NCBI GenBank assembly: GCA_000830275.1
Contig: CP010424.1
Span: forward strand, 1,170,001 to 1,202,000
Source of the DNA: an archaeon GW2011_AR10
GTDB taxonomy: Archaea; Iainarchaeota; Iainarchaeia; Iainarchaeales; GW2011-AR10
DNA length: 32,000 bases
Reading direction: 5' to 3'
The notes under the pieces are model-generated. The model did not search any database, was not told where the DNA came from, and saw only the letters and a program-made list of their open reading frames with translations. Position numbers and translations under genes: made by a program. Shown one piece after another: positions 1 to 8,185 of this stretch. Each line of letters opens with the position of its first letter. Positions within the stretch are counted from its first letter, which is position 1.

Positions 1-717
1 CAAGGTAATGAGTTTTTCCTGTTTTCTTTCAAACGCCTTCCTTATTTCCTTGAAGCTGGGTTCCTTCAGCTTCATTCTAGTGAACTCTCTTCCAATGCGG
101 TGAGGCCAAGGACTGTGGGCATCAGAGCTAGTGAGAAAAGAATACGAGTGGTTTTCTTCAATCAAGTCTGCAAGCGCCGAGTCAGCGCTCAATCCAAGCT
201 CAATGAATGAAATGCTTTCAGCCATTCCCCCATAAGCTTTCCTGACCGAGTCATGGTGTGCATAAATTCCAGTATAAGGCGTGAAAGAGTGCGCTGGCCC
301 AATGATGCCTTTGGCTTCCTCAACATTTTCAGCTATCTGCTCTGCGTTAAGCCTCAGCACTGGCCTTCCGCACATAGCGCAGTCAAGGTTGCCGAACCCA
401 ATCAATTTCTCGCGGAGTTGTTCTGCAGCAGAAAAGTCAGGCAAGTAAATAAGGTGATGTGCCCTGTCCTTTGATTCAACCTCGGTTCCAACAACAAAAA
501 AGCATTTGCTGTTTTTGTCGGAGAAAACGCCGTTGCTTTCTTCCACAATGCCCTGCTTTACGTGCTCGAACCACTTTTTGTGGAGGATATCAGCACTGGA
601 AACAGCGTCAATGCCCTTAAGTTTAGCCTGCTCCGCAATTATCGGCACAAGCATGTTTTTGCTTACTCCGCCAGCGTAAACGCCGTGCAACTGAAGGTCA
701 AGGTTGAATTCCTTCAT
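1..717 (-). CDS. Endonuclease Q-like PHP-family nuclease (TIGR00375 type), N-terminal 239 aa; gene continues past the left window edge
   Basis: Hand translation of the minus strand from ATG 715-717 is open to position 1: MKEFNLDLQLHGVYAGGVSKNMLVPIIAEQAKLKGIDAVSSADILHKKW...VGTEVESKDRAHHLIY...GPAHSFTPYTG...IELGLSADSALADL...TSSDAHSPWPHRIGREF. This block order matches my memory of the EndoQ family. It is absent from the ORF track because it is truncated. Confidence 0.7.
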   Translation of the reverse strand, partial: MKEFNLDLQLHGVYAGGVSKNMLVPIIAEQAKLKGIDAVSSADILHKKWFEHVKQGIVEESNGVFSDKNSKCFFVVGTEVESKDRAHHLIYLPDFSAAEQLREKLIGFGNLDCAMCGRPVLRLNAEQIAENVEEAKGIIGPAHSFTPYTGIYAHHDSVRKAYGGMAESISFIELGLSADSALADLIEENHSYSFLTSSDAHSPWPHRIGREFTRMKLKEPSFKEIRKAFERKQEKLITL

Positions 718-733
718 TCAATCCCCTATTAAT

Positions 734-826
734 TATAGCAGGCGACATTAATTTTTGAACATTTATTGTCGCCTGATAGATAGCAAATGACCTTGTTTTG
801 TTCAAATATTTTTGTCATTTGCTATA
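734..826. repeat. Family-1 hairpin modules, cluster A (2 modules)
   Basis: Module 1 (734-780): TATAGCAGGCGACA, 19-nt loop, TGTCGCCTGATAGA. Module 2 (781-826): TAGCAAATGAC, 22-nt loop, GTCATTTGCTATA. Loops carry TTGAACA / TGTTCAA. Confidence 0.85.
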
Positions 827-846
827 TATTAATATAAAAAAGAATT

Positions 847-900
847 AATATTTGGAGTATTGGGGAGTTTGGTAATATTTGGAGTATTTGGGTTTTTGGT
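847..900. repeat. Tandem duplication of a 27-bp unit (2 copies)
   Basis: AATATTTGGAGTATTGGGGAGTTTGGT (847-873) is followed directly by AATATTTGGAGTATTTGGGTTTTTGGT (874-900). Confidence 0.8.
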
Positions 901-920
901 AACGGCTGGTAAGCTGCATG

Positions 921-1244
921 CTATATTGGCATGTTGAAGAACTTTAGTATGAGTATTGCCCCTACTCCTGCCAAACCGAAGATGGCAGAAATTACTATTG
1001 TTGGAATAAGCTGCAGCTCAATTTTTAACACGAACACCATCACTGCCCAAGCGATAAGGCCGAGCGCTGAGTTAACAATTATTTTTTTGAGGTGAATGAG
1101 AATAAGTACCGCTGCAATAATTAGAATGAAGCCGATCACGAGAATCTGCCAGTTTCCCGCGAGCTGCTGTGTTATGTCGTTTGCTGTCTGGGAAGCGCCT
1201 TCAATTGCGCTGCCTTCCAGCGCCTGCAAAAACAAACCCTGCAT
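921..1244 (-). CDS. Small integral membrane protein (hypothetical)
   Basis: 107-aa ORF with two or three long hydrophobic segments (ILVIGFILIIAAVLILI, GLIAWAVMVFVL, IPTIVISAIFGLAGVGAILIL). I recognise no family. Confidence 0.5.
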   Translation of the reverse strand: MQGLFLQALEGSAIEGASQTANDITQQLAGNWQILVIGFILIIAAVLILIHLKKIIVNSALGLIAWAVMVFVLKIELQLIPTIVISAIFGLAGVGAILILKFFNMPI

Positions 1245-1262
1245 AAGTATGCCTTTTTTATT

Positions 1263-1517
1263 CTATGGCGAATGACATTAATAATTAAACATTTATTGCT
1301 CATTTGCTATATGTAAAAGACAATATATTTTGCCATATGTAAAAGACAATTATTTTCCAAACAAGAATGTCTTTTACTATATTATATTAAGCTTATCAAT
1401 ATTATACTGTTTTGGTTTTATATTTATAGCAAAACGCTTAAGTAATTGAACATTGAATTGCGTTTTGCATCTAGCAACCAGCAGCATAAAGTTCAAAAAT
1501 ATAAGCTGTTTGCTATA
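1263..1517. repeat. Family-1 hairpin modules, cluster B (about 4 modules)
   Basis: Modules at about 1263-1311, 1336-1381 (GTAAAAGACAAT / ATGTCTTTTAC), 1425-1470 (GCAAAACGC / GCGTTTTGC) and 1472-1517 (GCAACCAGC / GCTGTTTGC). Positions 1425-1517 nearly duplicate 6621-6713. Confidence 0.85.
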
Positions 1518-1534
1518 CTTCAATAGGTGAGTTT

Positions 1535-2173
1535 GTGGTTCAGGGTTTTTCAGAGGAACAGAAAAGGATTGCCGTTAGCCTGCTTCACGGCCCGAAAACA
1601 AGCGAGGAGCTAAACAAGCAGCTCAACATTGCATTCAACGAGCTCAACAAAGAGTTAAACGCCATGCTTAAACTGAAAGTAATCACTAAAAGCGGTTACC
1701 CTCTCCGTTACTCGCTGAAGCCCGAAATTGAGAAAGAGGTCAGGCGCAGAAAGGACCTCTCAGAGGAAGATGACTTCAGGCTGAGAGTAAGAGCCATCGT
1801 TGACGTTCAGACAATTGAAGAGGCACTAGCAAAAAAGTCTTTGGACGAGGTTGAAAAAGCCCTGAGAAAAGACAAGGACTTCACTATTTATGACATAACA
1901 AAGGCAGAGCCAATACAGCAGGGAGAGCACTTCACAAGCTACATGGAGGCAGACCTATCGGTTAAGGACTTCAAGGCACTTGTAAAGCTAATGTACTTTT
2001 ACGGGCCCACCACAATCGAGGTTATCAGGCCAAAGAAACTAGAGTTAAGCCTGGATGACTTGCAGGAAGGCCTCATGGAAATGGCTGAAATGATTCAGGC
2101 ATACAACTATCACATCCTTAAAATGATGAGCAAAAAGGAACTCGAGGATTTCCAGAAAAAGCTCTTCTCTTAA
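1535..2173 (+). CDS. Hypothetical protein with an N-terminal winged-helix-like segment
   Basis: 212-aa ORF with a GTG start 4 nt after AGGTGA. The N-terminus QKRIAVSLLHGPKTSEELNKQL...LKVITKSGYPLRYSL looks wHTH-like. The rest is unrecognised. Confidence 0.55.
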   Translation: MVQGFSEEQKRIAVSLLHGPKTSEELNKQLNIAFNELNKELNAMLKLKVITKSGYPLRYSLKPEIEKEVRRRKDLSEEDDFRLRVRAIVDVQTIEEALAKKSLDEVEKALRKDKDFTIYDITKAEPIQQGEHFTSYMEADLSVKDFKALVKLMYFYGPTTIEVIRPKKLELSLDDLQEGLMEMAEMIQAYNYHILKMMSKKELEDFQKKLFS

Positions 2174-2187
2174 GCTGTGTTAAGCCA

Positions 2188-2295
2188 GAGCTTTACCAAA
2201 ACGTGCTTTTCGGCAAAAACCTTTTAAGAAAAGGTTTACCAAAAAGAGCTTTTCGGCAAAAAACGAAAAAACTGCCTTCTTTTAAAGCCTTCGAT
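2188..2295. repeat. Family-2 short-hairpin concatemer, copy H
   Basis: GCTTTTCGGCAAAAACCTTTTAAGAAAAGGTTTACCAAAAAGAGCTTTTCGGCAAAAAAC... contains the AAACCTTTT-AAG-AAAAGGTTT hairpin and a repeated GCTTTTCGGCAAAAA unit. Confidence 0.8.
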
Positions 2296-2423
2296 GGATT
2301 AGTTGCTATTGGAGTTGCCGAAAAAAGCCATTGGGTCAATTCGTTCAATGTCGAAGCGCAATTCAACAATTTCCATAGTCTTTCCTTTGGAATTTGGCCT
2401 CAAATCGCCCAATTCTCAAGGAA

Positions 2424-2441
2424 AACGAAAAGTATTTAAAT
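2424..2441 (+). promoter_or_regulatory. Candidate BRE/TATA promoter of the S-layer gene
   Basis: AACGAAAAG followed by TATTTAAAT, about 105 nt upstream of ATG 2546. This implies a long 5' UTR ending in the SD GAGGTGA at 2531-2537. Confidence 0.5.
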
Positions 2442-2545
2442 GGCGTTGTGGATTCAATATTAGAGCCTTTGACCTGCGTCTCACTTTTGTATGGTAAGAC
2501 CTGGTTGGGCAGACTCTTGATTAGATCAATGAGGTGACCTAAAAG

Positions 2546-5530
2546 ATGAAGGGATTAAGTATCAAGAAATTAGCTGCTGTGGCTACGGGAGCAGCTTTGG
2601 TCGGAACGGCCTTAGCACCTATAGTTTCAGCACTTGACCTACAGAAAAGCGACGTATTCAACAACAACGGTACACCAAAAGTAAGCATCGTAGTTGGTTC
2701 AGAAGCTGCAATCAGCGACGCTGTATGGGGAGGAAACCTTGCTGCTGCAATAGCCGAGCAGGCTAGATCATACAAGTCAGTAAGCGTTTCAGGCGAAGCC
2801 GGAGATTCCGGTTCTTCAACCCCGAGCGTTTCAGAAATCAGCGTTGACCTGACTGTTGGTGGAACTGTTACATACGCAAACGCAAAAACCTATAAGGCAG
2901 GAGAGACAAGCCAAACAGTTGACTTGAACTCCTATTCTGGAGCAAAAGAGTTTCCTGGATTGCTGTTGACAGACTCAGTTCTGGAAAACCTTGTAAACAA
3001 GTCAGTAACCATTAAGTGGAACGGAACAAACTACACCAGAACATTCAAGGAAGAGATTGGTGTAACTGCCGACACTGCGTTTGACTACTCTGGAGGCGGA
3101 GATGTCGCAGACTTGGAAACATACCTTTCCAACGAGAACGACATTAACTATGCCTTGAACCTTGGTTCAGGTGTTCCAGTGTATGAGACGACATCTACAA
3201 CAAACACATTCACTGACGGAACAAACGATAATGTAAAGATCCCATTGTTTGGGGAAGACTACCTTGTAAGGACTTTTGATAAAGCAAACAACCACATGAG
3301 GTTGATTAAAGAGCAGGACAAGCTGACCTTCAGTGAAGGCGACACAATCACCGGCCTTAAGGGAAGAAATGAACTGGCAGGCCAAGATGTGTCAGTTAAA
3401 GTAACTGAAGTAACGGCTCCAGGCCCGGCTGCTGCAAGCTACAAGGCGAAGTTCGCGTTGGTTGACGCAAACGGAACCGAAGTAAACGTGTACGAGGCAG
3501 CTACAGGAGAAAGCCTTGACGAGCAGTTTGTCGGATCTGACGGCGAGCTTGCCTTGGAGACAATCCTCTACATTGACACAATCAGTGTTGGGGCAAGCAG
3601 CGGAGTTGGAGCAATTGACGTCACAATCGGAACAACTCTTGTAGATCTCTACCATTTGAAGGGATACCCGTATGATTCCAGCAACACAACAGGAATCTAC
3701 GACTACAAGGTAACGTTCCAGTACTCAACTGACGGAAACTGGCTGGCAAAAATTATCATTGGTAACTCTGACCAGAAGTGGACCAACTCTTCAGCCAACA
3801 ACGACCCACTGTATGCTCCGTCAGCGCAGGCTCTGACTTCAACAGGCCAGGCAGGAACAAATGAGGTTTCCTTCCTTGGAACTGAAGCAGACGGAACACT
3901 GGGAAAGAACTATTTCACAGTGTCCTTTGATGGCCTTGAAACAGACGAGCCACTGCACCAGATCAAGGTAACAGACAATGCCTTGGCCTTCACAGACGCA
4001 AGCGACAGAACCCACACAGTCTTTTTCTACAAGAGGCTGAGCAAGAGCACAAGCGGCTCCTCATTCAGCTTTGACGGAAAAACAATCTACTACGCGTCAT
4101 TCGATGGAACAGTGCAGCAGACGATTGGACCAACTATCAGTGCTGATGGCAACAAGTTGAACGGTACAGGCGTGTTCAGAAGCATAGGCCAAGACGCAGG
4201 CGGAACTAACATCACATTCGGAAACGGAGATGTAATCACAGGACTTGCAGTAAATGCATTCATCGACATCAACGGTTTCTACTACAAGATTTCCGCAATC
4301 AACTCAGATGAAAACGACATCACACTGCAAGGTGACGGAAACATTGTCTTCGCAAAGACACCAGTTACAACCTCACAGGCAGCGTCATCAACATCAGACT
4401 ACCTTGAAGCAGACGCAAACAAGTACACAATAATCTTCGCAGACCAAAACACGGCTGACAGGAGAGCATATAGAGGAAACACCATTTCCCTCCAAGGAAA
4501 TGACGATGTTGTCTTCCAGTATGCACTCATGGCAGACCAGTCAACAGGAGAAGACCTCTACCTCTTGCTGGATTCCAGCACAACCTTCAATGGAAGGTAC
4601 GATGCTGACCTCCAGTTCAAGGGAACAGACTTGGGAGAGGATGGAGTAGTTGACGGAACAGAGCCTCCACACAATACAATTGTTGGAGACGACAGGCTGT
4701 ACTACTGGCCTGACGAGTCAAGCGACTTTGGCGGCGGCTCAAACAACGACTACTACATAGCTACATTCGCTGTGGAAACAGGAGGAAGCACCTCAACTGC
4801 TGCTGATGCAACAGCTGACTGGGACACAAACTTCTTCATAGACACAGAAGCAGACGAACTGCCTAGCTTCCCTAACACGAACCTCTCAGGTTACTCAGAG
4901 GACCTCAACTACAACAGAGGAAACATCGATGGGGCAGTCGCGTTCGGCATGGACGAGTACGACGCTACAAAATCCAAGCCAGACAATGCATACAACGATG
5001 TTGGAACCAAGTTCGAAATAGAGGGCTTGGAGCTGACAATCACTGTGCCAGACAACCCGAAGAGAGCAATCCTTGTTGTGAAGACAGAGGGAACAACTAC
5101 CTCAACAACTGGTGGCGAAGAGCTCACTATAGCTGAAGGTGAAAGCGGAACCACAAGCGGTGGAACCACTATCACAATCAGCACCGTGAACTACACTGCT
5201 TCCTGTGCTGCAGGCGAAGGCGAAACCGGAACCTGTGCGGCAGATCCTGAGAACTACTTCGAGCCGGCTGCAGTGCCAGAGCAAATGGTTTATCTGGACA
5301 CTGAGAGCCCAAGCGGAAAGCTGATTCTCGTTGGGGGCCACTTCGTTAACAGGATGTCAGCGAACGTCTCAAACATCAGGGATTTGTTGACTTCTGCAGG
5401 CGACGGTAGAGACCCATGGGTTGACGAGGCAACAGGCAACATTGTTGTGGCAGGTTACACTGCTGACGACACGGTTGCGGCTGCAAGGCAACTCATAAGG
5501 GACATCGAAGCAATTGACATGATGGCTTAA
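2546..5530 (+). CDS. S-layer (surface layer) protein precursor
   Basis: 994 aa. Signal peptide MKGLSIKKLAAVATGAALVGTALAPIVSA. Thr/Ser/Asn/Gly-rich with many NxS/T sequons. The C-terminal block KLILVGGHFVNRMS...NIVVAGYTADDTVAAARQLI is typical of archaeal S-layer C-terminal domains. Strong SD. Confidence 0.85.
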   Translation: MKGLSIKKLAAVATGAALVGTALAPIVSALDLQKSDVFNNNGTPKVSIVVGSEAAISDAVWGGNLAAAIAEQARSYKSVSVSGEAGDSGSSTPSVSEISVDLTVGGTVTYANAKTYKAGETSQTVDLNSYSGAKEFPGLLLTDSVLENLVNKSVTIKWNGTNYTRTFKEEIGVTADTAFDYSGGGDVADLETYLSNENDINYALNLGSGVPVYETTSTTNTFTDGTNDNVKIPLFGEDYLVRTFDKANNHMRLIKEQDKLTFSEGDTITGLKGRNELAGQDVSVKVTEVTAPGPAAASYKAKFALVDANGTEVNVYEAATGESLDEQFVGSDGELALETILYIDTISVGASSGVGAIDVTIGTTLVDLYHLKGYPYDSSNTTGIYDYKVTFQYSTDGNWLAKIIIGNSDQKWTNSSANNDPLYAPSAQALTSTGQAGTNEVSFLGTEADGTLGKNYFTVSFDGLETDEPLHQIKVTDNALAFTDASDRTHTVFFYKRLSKSTSGSSFSFDGKTIYYASFDGTVQQTIGPTISADGNKLNGTGVFRSIGQDAGGTNITFGNGDVITGLAVNAFIDINGFYYKISAINSDENDITLQGDGNIVFAKTPVTTSQAASSTSDYLEADANKYTIIFADQNTADRRAYRGNTISLQGNDDVVFQYALMADQSTGEDLYLLLDSSTTFNGRYDADLQFKGTDLGEDGVVDGTEPPHNTIVGDDRLYYWPDESSDFGGGSNNDYYIATFAVETGGSTSTAADATADWDTNFFIDTEADELPSFPNTNLSGYSEDLNYNRGNIDGAVAFGMDEYDATKSKPDNAYNDVGTKFEIEGLELTITVPDNPKRAILVVKTEGTTTSTTGGEELTIAEGESGTTSGGTTITISTVNYTASCAAGEGETGTCAADPENYFEPAAVPEQMVYLDTESPSGKLILVGGHFVNRMSANVSNIRDLLTSAGDGRDPWVDEATGNIVVAGYTADDTVAAARQLIRDIEAIDMMA

Positions 5531-5567
5531 ACAAGCCATCTTTTTTTCTCTTTTTTTTATTTTTTTA
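5522..5567 (+). terminator. Hairpin plus long oligo-T tract terminating the S-layer gene
   Basis: ATGGCTT-AAAC-AAGCCAT (7-bp stem overlapping the stop codon) is followed by CTTTTTTTCTCTTTTTTTTATTTTTTT. Confidence 0.65.
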
Positions 5568-5621
5568 CGGCCCCTAGAGTTAAGACTGCTTTTTTTAATT
5601 TGTTTGCGGGAAATTGTTCTT

Positions 5622-6230
5622 ATGGAAAAAAAACAGGAATTTTTCATTGCAGTAATCGCGCTTTTCCTTATTTCATTATCCTTTTTTGTAATATTGTCCG
5701 AGTTCTCCCAGGAGTTCAAGTACTCTGTTTCAAGGGACGGCGTTGAGTTTGTTTCAAATGAAGCGCCGCCAGGAGAACTAATGCAGGGCTTGTCTGAAAA
5801 GAGCTCATTTATTGTGGTTTCAGAATTCAGGCCTGGCACCGGGACAACCACGGTAATGGCTGAACCGCTTACAATGTTCAATTCGGTTTTGGTTTCGCTT
5901 GGCAAAAATGTTGTAACAATTGCAAAGGAAACTGATGCAACAGGAAAAATCACTGCCTGCCAGACAAACGATGGCAACGTGCTGGAAAACAGGCGCATTA
6001 CAGTAGAGGAATGCAGCCCGCTCTTAAGCGATTCTTCTAGGGCACGCATAATTGTTGGTTTTCCATCCAATTCTGGCAGTTCACTAGTAATAGTTTCCTC
6101 CGGCCTTGTGGAAATCCAGCCTGCTTCGCTTGAAGAGGTAACCAATGTGTCCTTCCTTGCACTGCAAGCAATGTACTCTGACAGCAGGGAAATACTGGAG
6201 CAAATTAACCGGGTGATTGGCCAGGTATAA
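5622..6230 (+). CDS. Membrane-anchored hypothetical protein
   Basis: ORF track 5604-6230; the first ATG is at 5622 (MEKKQEFFIAVIALFLISLSFFVIL = N-terminal TM anchor). Preferred over the overlapping antisense ORF 5369-6145. Confidence 0.5.
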   Translation: MEKKQEFFIAVIALFLISLSFFVILSEFSQEFKYSVSRDGVEFVSNEAPPGELMQGLSEKSSFIVVSEFRPGTGTTTVMAEPLTMFNSVLVSLGKNVVTIAKETDATGKITACQTNDGNVLENRRITVEECSPLLSDSSRARIIVGFPSNSGSSLVIVSSGLVEIQPASLEEVTNVSFLALQAMYSDSREILEQINRVIGQV

Positions 6231-6356
6231 CTGCTTTAGAGGCGGGGCATAACAAGGAAAGCAAGCTTTTTTTGCTCTGAATGGCCTCGTTTTTCTGGTT
6301 TTAACACTGTTTTTTTCATATTTTATGGGGCACTTTATATAAATAAGGCCATTTAT

Positions 6357-6436
6357 CAGCCTTTTAGGAAAAGGCTGGCGAAAAAAAGCCTACGGCAACA
6401 GCCTTTTAAAAAAAGCCCGTCGAAAATGCGCCTTCT
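6357..6436. repeat. Family-2 short-hairpin concatemer, copy I
   Basis: CAGCCTTTT-AGG-AAAAGGCTG, then GCC-TAC-GGC, then a second AGCCTTTTAAAAAAAGC unit. A TATA-like CTTTATATAAATAA lies at 6333-6346 just upstream. Confidence 0.75.
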
Positions 6437-6541
6437 GCTGGTTGTTTCTGGTTTCTCTCGCTTCTCTCGTCCCTTAGCTGGTTTTTCCTTCAATAAGCCG
6501 AATTCAAACAGTTAATTCCACTGTTTTTAAGCAGTGCGACG

Positions 6542-6826
6542 CTATAGTATATGGCAAAATGCTTTTGTGTTTGAACAAATAGCGAATGACTTTAATAATG
6601 GTAAAAAGCAAGTCATTCGCTATAGCAAAACGCTTAAGTAATTGAACATTGAATTGCGTTTTGCATCTAGCAAACAGCAGTATACAGTTCAAAAATATTG
6701 GCTGTTTGCTATAGTCGCAAAAGACATTAAGAAATTACCGAAACTAATGTCTTTTGCTAAAAAAATTGCATTTTGCATTTAGCAAACAGCAAATTAAATT
6801 TTCAAGAATCAAAGCTGTTTGCTATA
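6542..6826. repeat. Family-1 composite element, copy C (about 285 bp, 6-7 modules)
   Basis: Modules at 6580-6624 (GCGAATGAC/GTCATTCGC), 6621-6666 (GCAAAACGC/GCGTTTTGC), 6668-6713 (GCAAACAGC/GCTGTTTGC), 6714-6759 (GCAAAAGACAT/ATGTCTTTTGC) and 6780-6826 (GCAAACAGC/GCTGTTTGC), plus half-modules. Nearly identical to 26007-26283. Confidence 0.9.
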
Positions 6827-8185
6827 ATGTTGGCAAGCAAAAAAAATTTTGGGCTGGTTGTTTTAATGGCATTCAAAGAACAAAATTTGGGTGTTTTTGG
6901 TTTTTTCAAGTTTTTTTTTGTACTAATAATTTTTGCAGCTATTTTTTTGTTTGTCTTTTTTAACCCCCAGTATGCCAGATGGTACTATGTGTTAGTGGCT
7001 TCAATTGGCTTGTACATTGCGGTCTTCTATGTTCTAACTAATCGTTTGGAATCCGCGGTTTTTCCGCCTGCACTAAAAAAATTTCCCACTGTAACAGTAC
7101 TAATTCCCAGTTATAATGGTGGCGCAACTTTGCAGCGTTGCCTGGAATCTGTTTTGAGCTTTAATTACTCCCGTTCATTTGAGGTAATAGTAATTGATGA
7201 TGCAAGTACGGACAATACTTCTGAAATTCTTAAGTCCTTTCCGCAAGTTAAAGTCATTCGTCATCAAAAAAACCTTGGGAAAGCCAAGGGGCTGAACAAA
7301 GCCATCGGAAAAATAAAAAGCGAGCTCGTTGTCTGCGTGGATTCTGACACCTATCCAAATCCAAATGTTTTGCTGGATTGCGTGCCGCATTTTTACCATG
7401 GCACAAGAGTGGGTGCGGTTGCTCCATTTATTACTGTGGCCAGCACAAAAACATTCATCCAAAAAATGCAAGAAATTGAATACTATTCTGGCTTTGGTTT
7501 TTATTCAAAGGTTGCTGCAATGCTGGATGGGTTATATGTTACGCCAGGCCCCCTCAGTGTTTTCAAGCGCAGTGCACTTTTGGAGATTAAAGGGTTTGAT
7601 GAGGACAACCTCACTGAAGACATGGAAATTGCGCTTCGATTGCATGATTATGGTTATTCGCTTGCCTACTCGCCAACACAGGTGCCTACAGAGGTACCGG
7701 CTACTGTAAGAGGGTTTTATCGCCAGCGCCTCAGATGGTACCGCGGAACAATCTTCAACATTTTGAAATACAAAAAAATGTTTTTTAGCAGTCGCTTTAA
7801 TGAGTTTGGGAAGTTTTTCTTCCCAGCGCTGACAGTTTTTGTGGTTACTACTTTTTTGTCGTTTATAGTTATCTGGGGTTTAATATTTTTCAATATTTTT
7901 CAAGTCCTCCAGATATTTTTCTTGTCCCTGCTTTTCGGGCAATCACAATTGTCTCTGTCCTTTTTGGGGAATATTACTGTCAGCTCGCTGTGGGTTTTTA
8001 TAGGTTTGGCAGTACTGCTGTGGTACGTGTTTTTTGCGGAGAGCATTTCAATGTTGAGCATTAAAAAATCGGCGCAAATGGCCCTGCCTGCTATTGCAAC
8101 CATTTTCTTATACCCCCTTATAATTTCTTTTATTTACACTGTCAGCCTTTTTAAGGAACTAAACGCATCCAAGAGGGCGTGGTAA
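6827..8185 (+). CDS. Family-2 glycosyltransferase, processive beta-glycan synthase type (PgaC/IcaA/NodC-like)
   Basis: Motifs VIVIDDASTDNT, VCVDSDT, TEDMEIALRL and QRLRWYRG (the Q-x-x-R-W signature), with N- and C-terminal TM helices. The first ATG at 6827 (MLASKKNF) is chosen because the track start at 6773 lies inside the repeat. Confidence 0.8.
   Translation: MLASKKNFGLVVLMAFKEQNLGVFGFFKFFFVLIIFAAIFLFVFFNPQYARWYYVLVASIGLYIAVFYVLTNRLESAVFPPALKKFPTVTVLIPSYNGGATLQRCLESVLSFNYSRSFEVIVIDDASTDNTSEILKSFPQVKVIRHQKNLGKAKGLNKAIGKIKSELVVCVDSDTYPNPNVLLDCVPHFYHGTRVGAVAPFITVASTKTFIQKMQEIEYYSGFGFYSKVAAMLDGLYVTPGPLSVFKRSALLEIKGFDEDNLTEDMEIALRLHDYGYSLAYSPTQVPTEVPATVRGFYRQRLRWYRGTIFNILKYKKMFFSSRFNEFGKFFFPALTVFVVTTFLSFIVIWGLIFFNIFQVLQIFFLSLLFGQSQLSLSFLGNITVSSLWVFIGLAVLLWYVFFAESISMLSIKKSAQMALPAIATIFLYPLIISFIYTVSLFKELNASKRAW

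Noticed and set aside
5369-6145. 258-aa minus-strand ORF overlapping the S-layer 3' end, the terminator and ORF 5622-6230
   Set aside because: It crosses the oligo-T terminator and the S-layer stop, and it has a Ser/Thr-rich composition typical of an antisense shadow. The plus-strand ORF has a clean TM anchor.
6542-6826. Family-1 clusters as CRISPR arrays
   Set aside because: There is no constant direct repeat alternating with unique spacers. Each unit is itself a palindrome. Whole multi-unit blocks recur nearly identically at other loci. No cas genes or leader are present.
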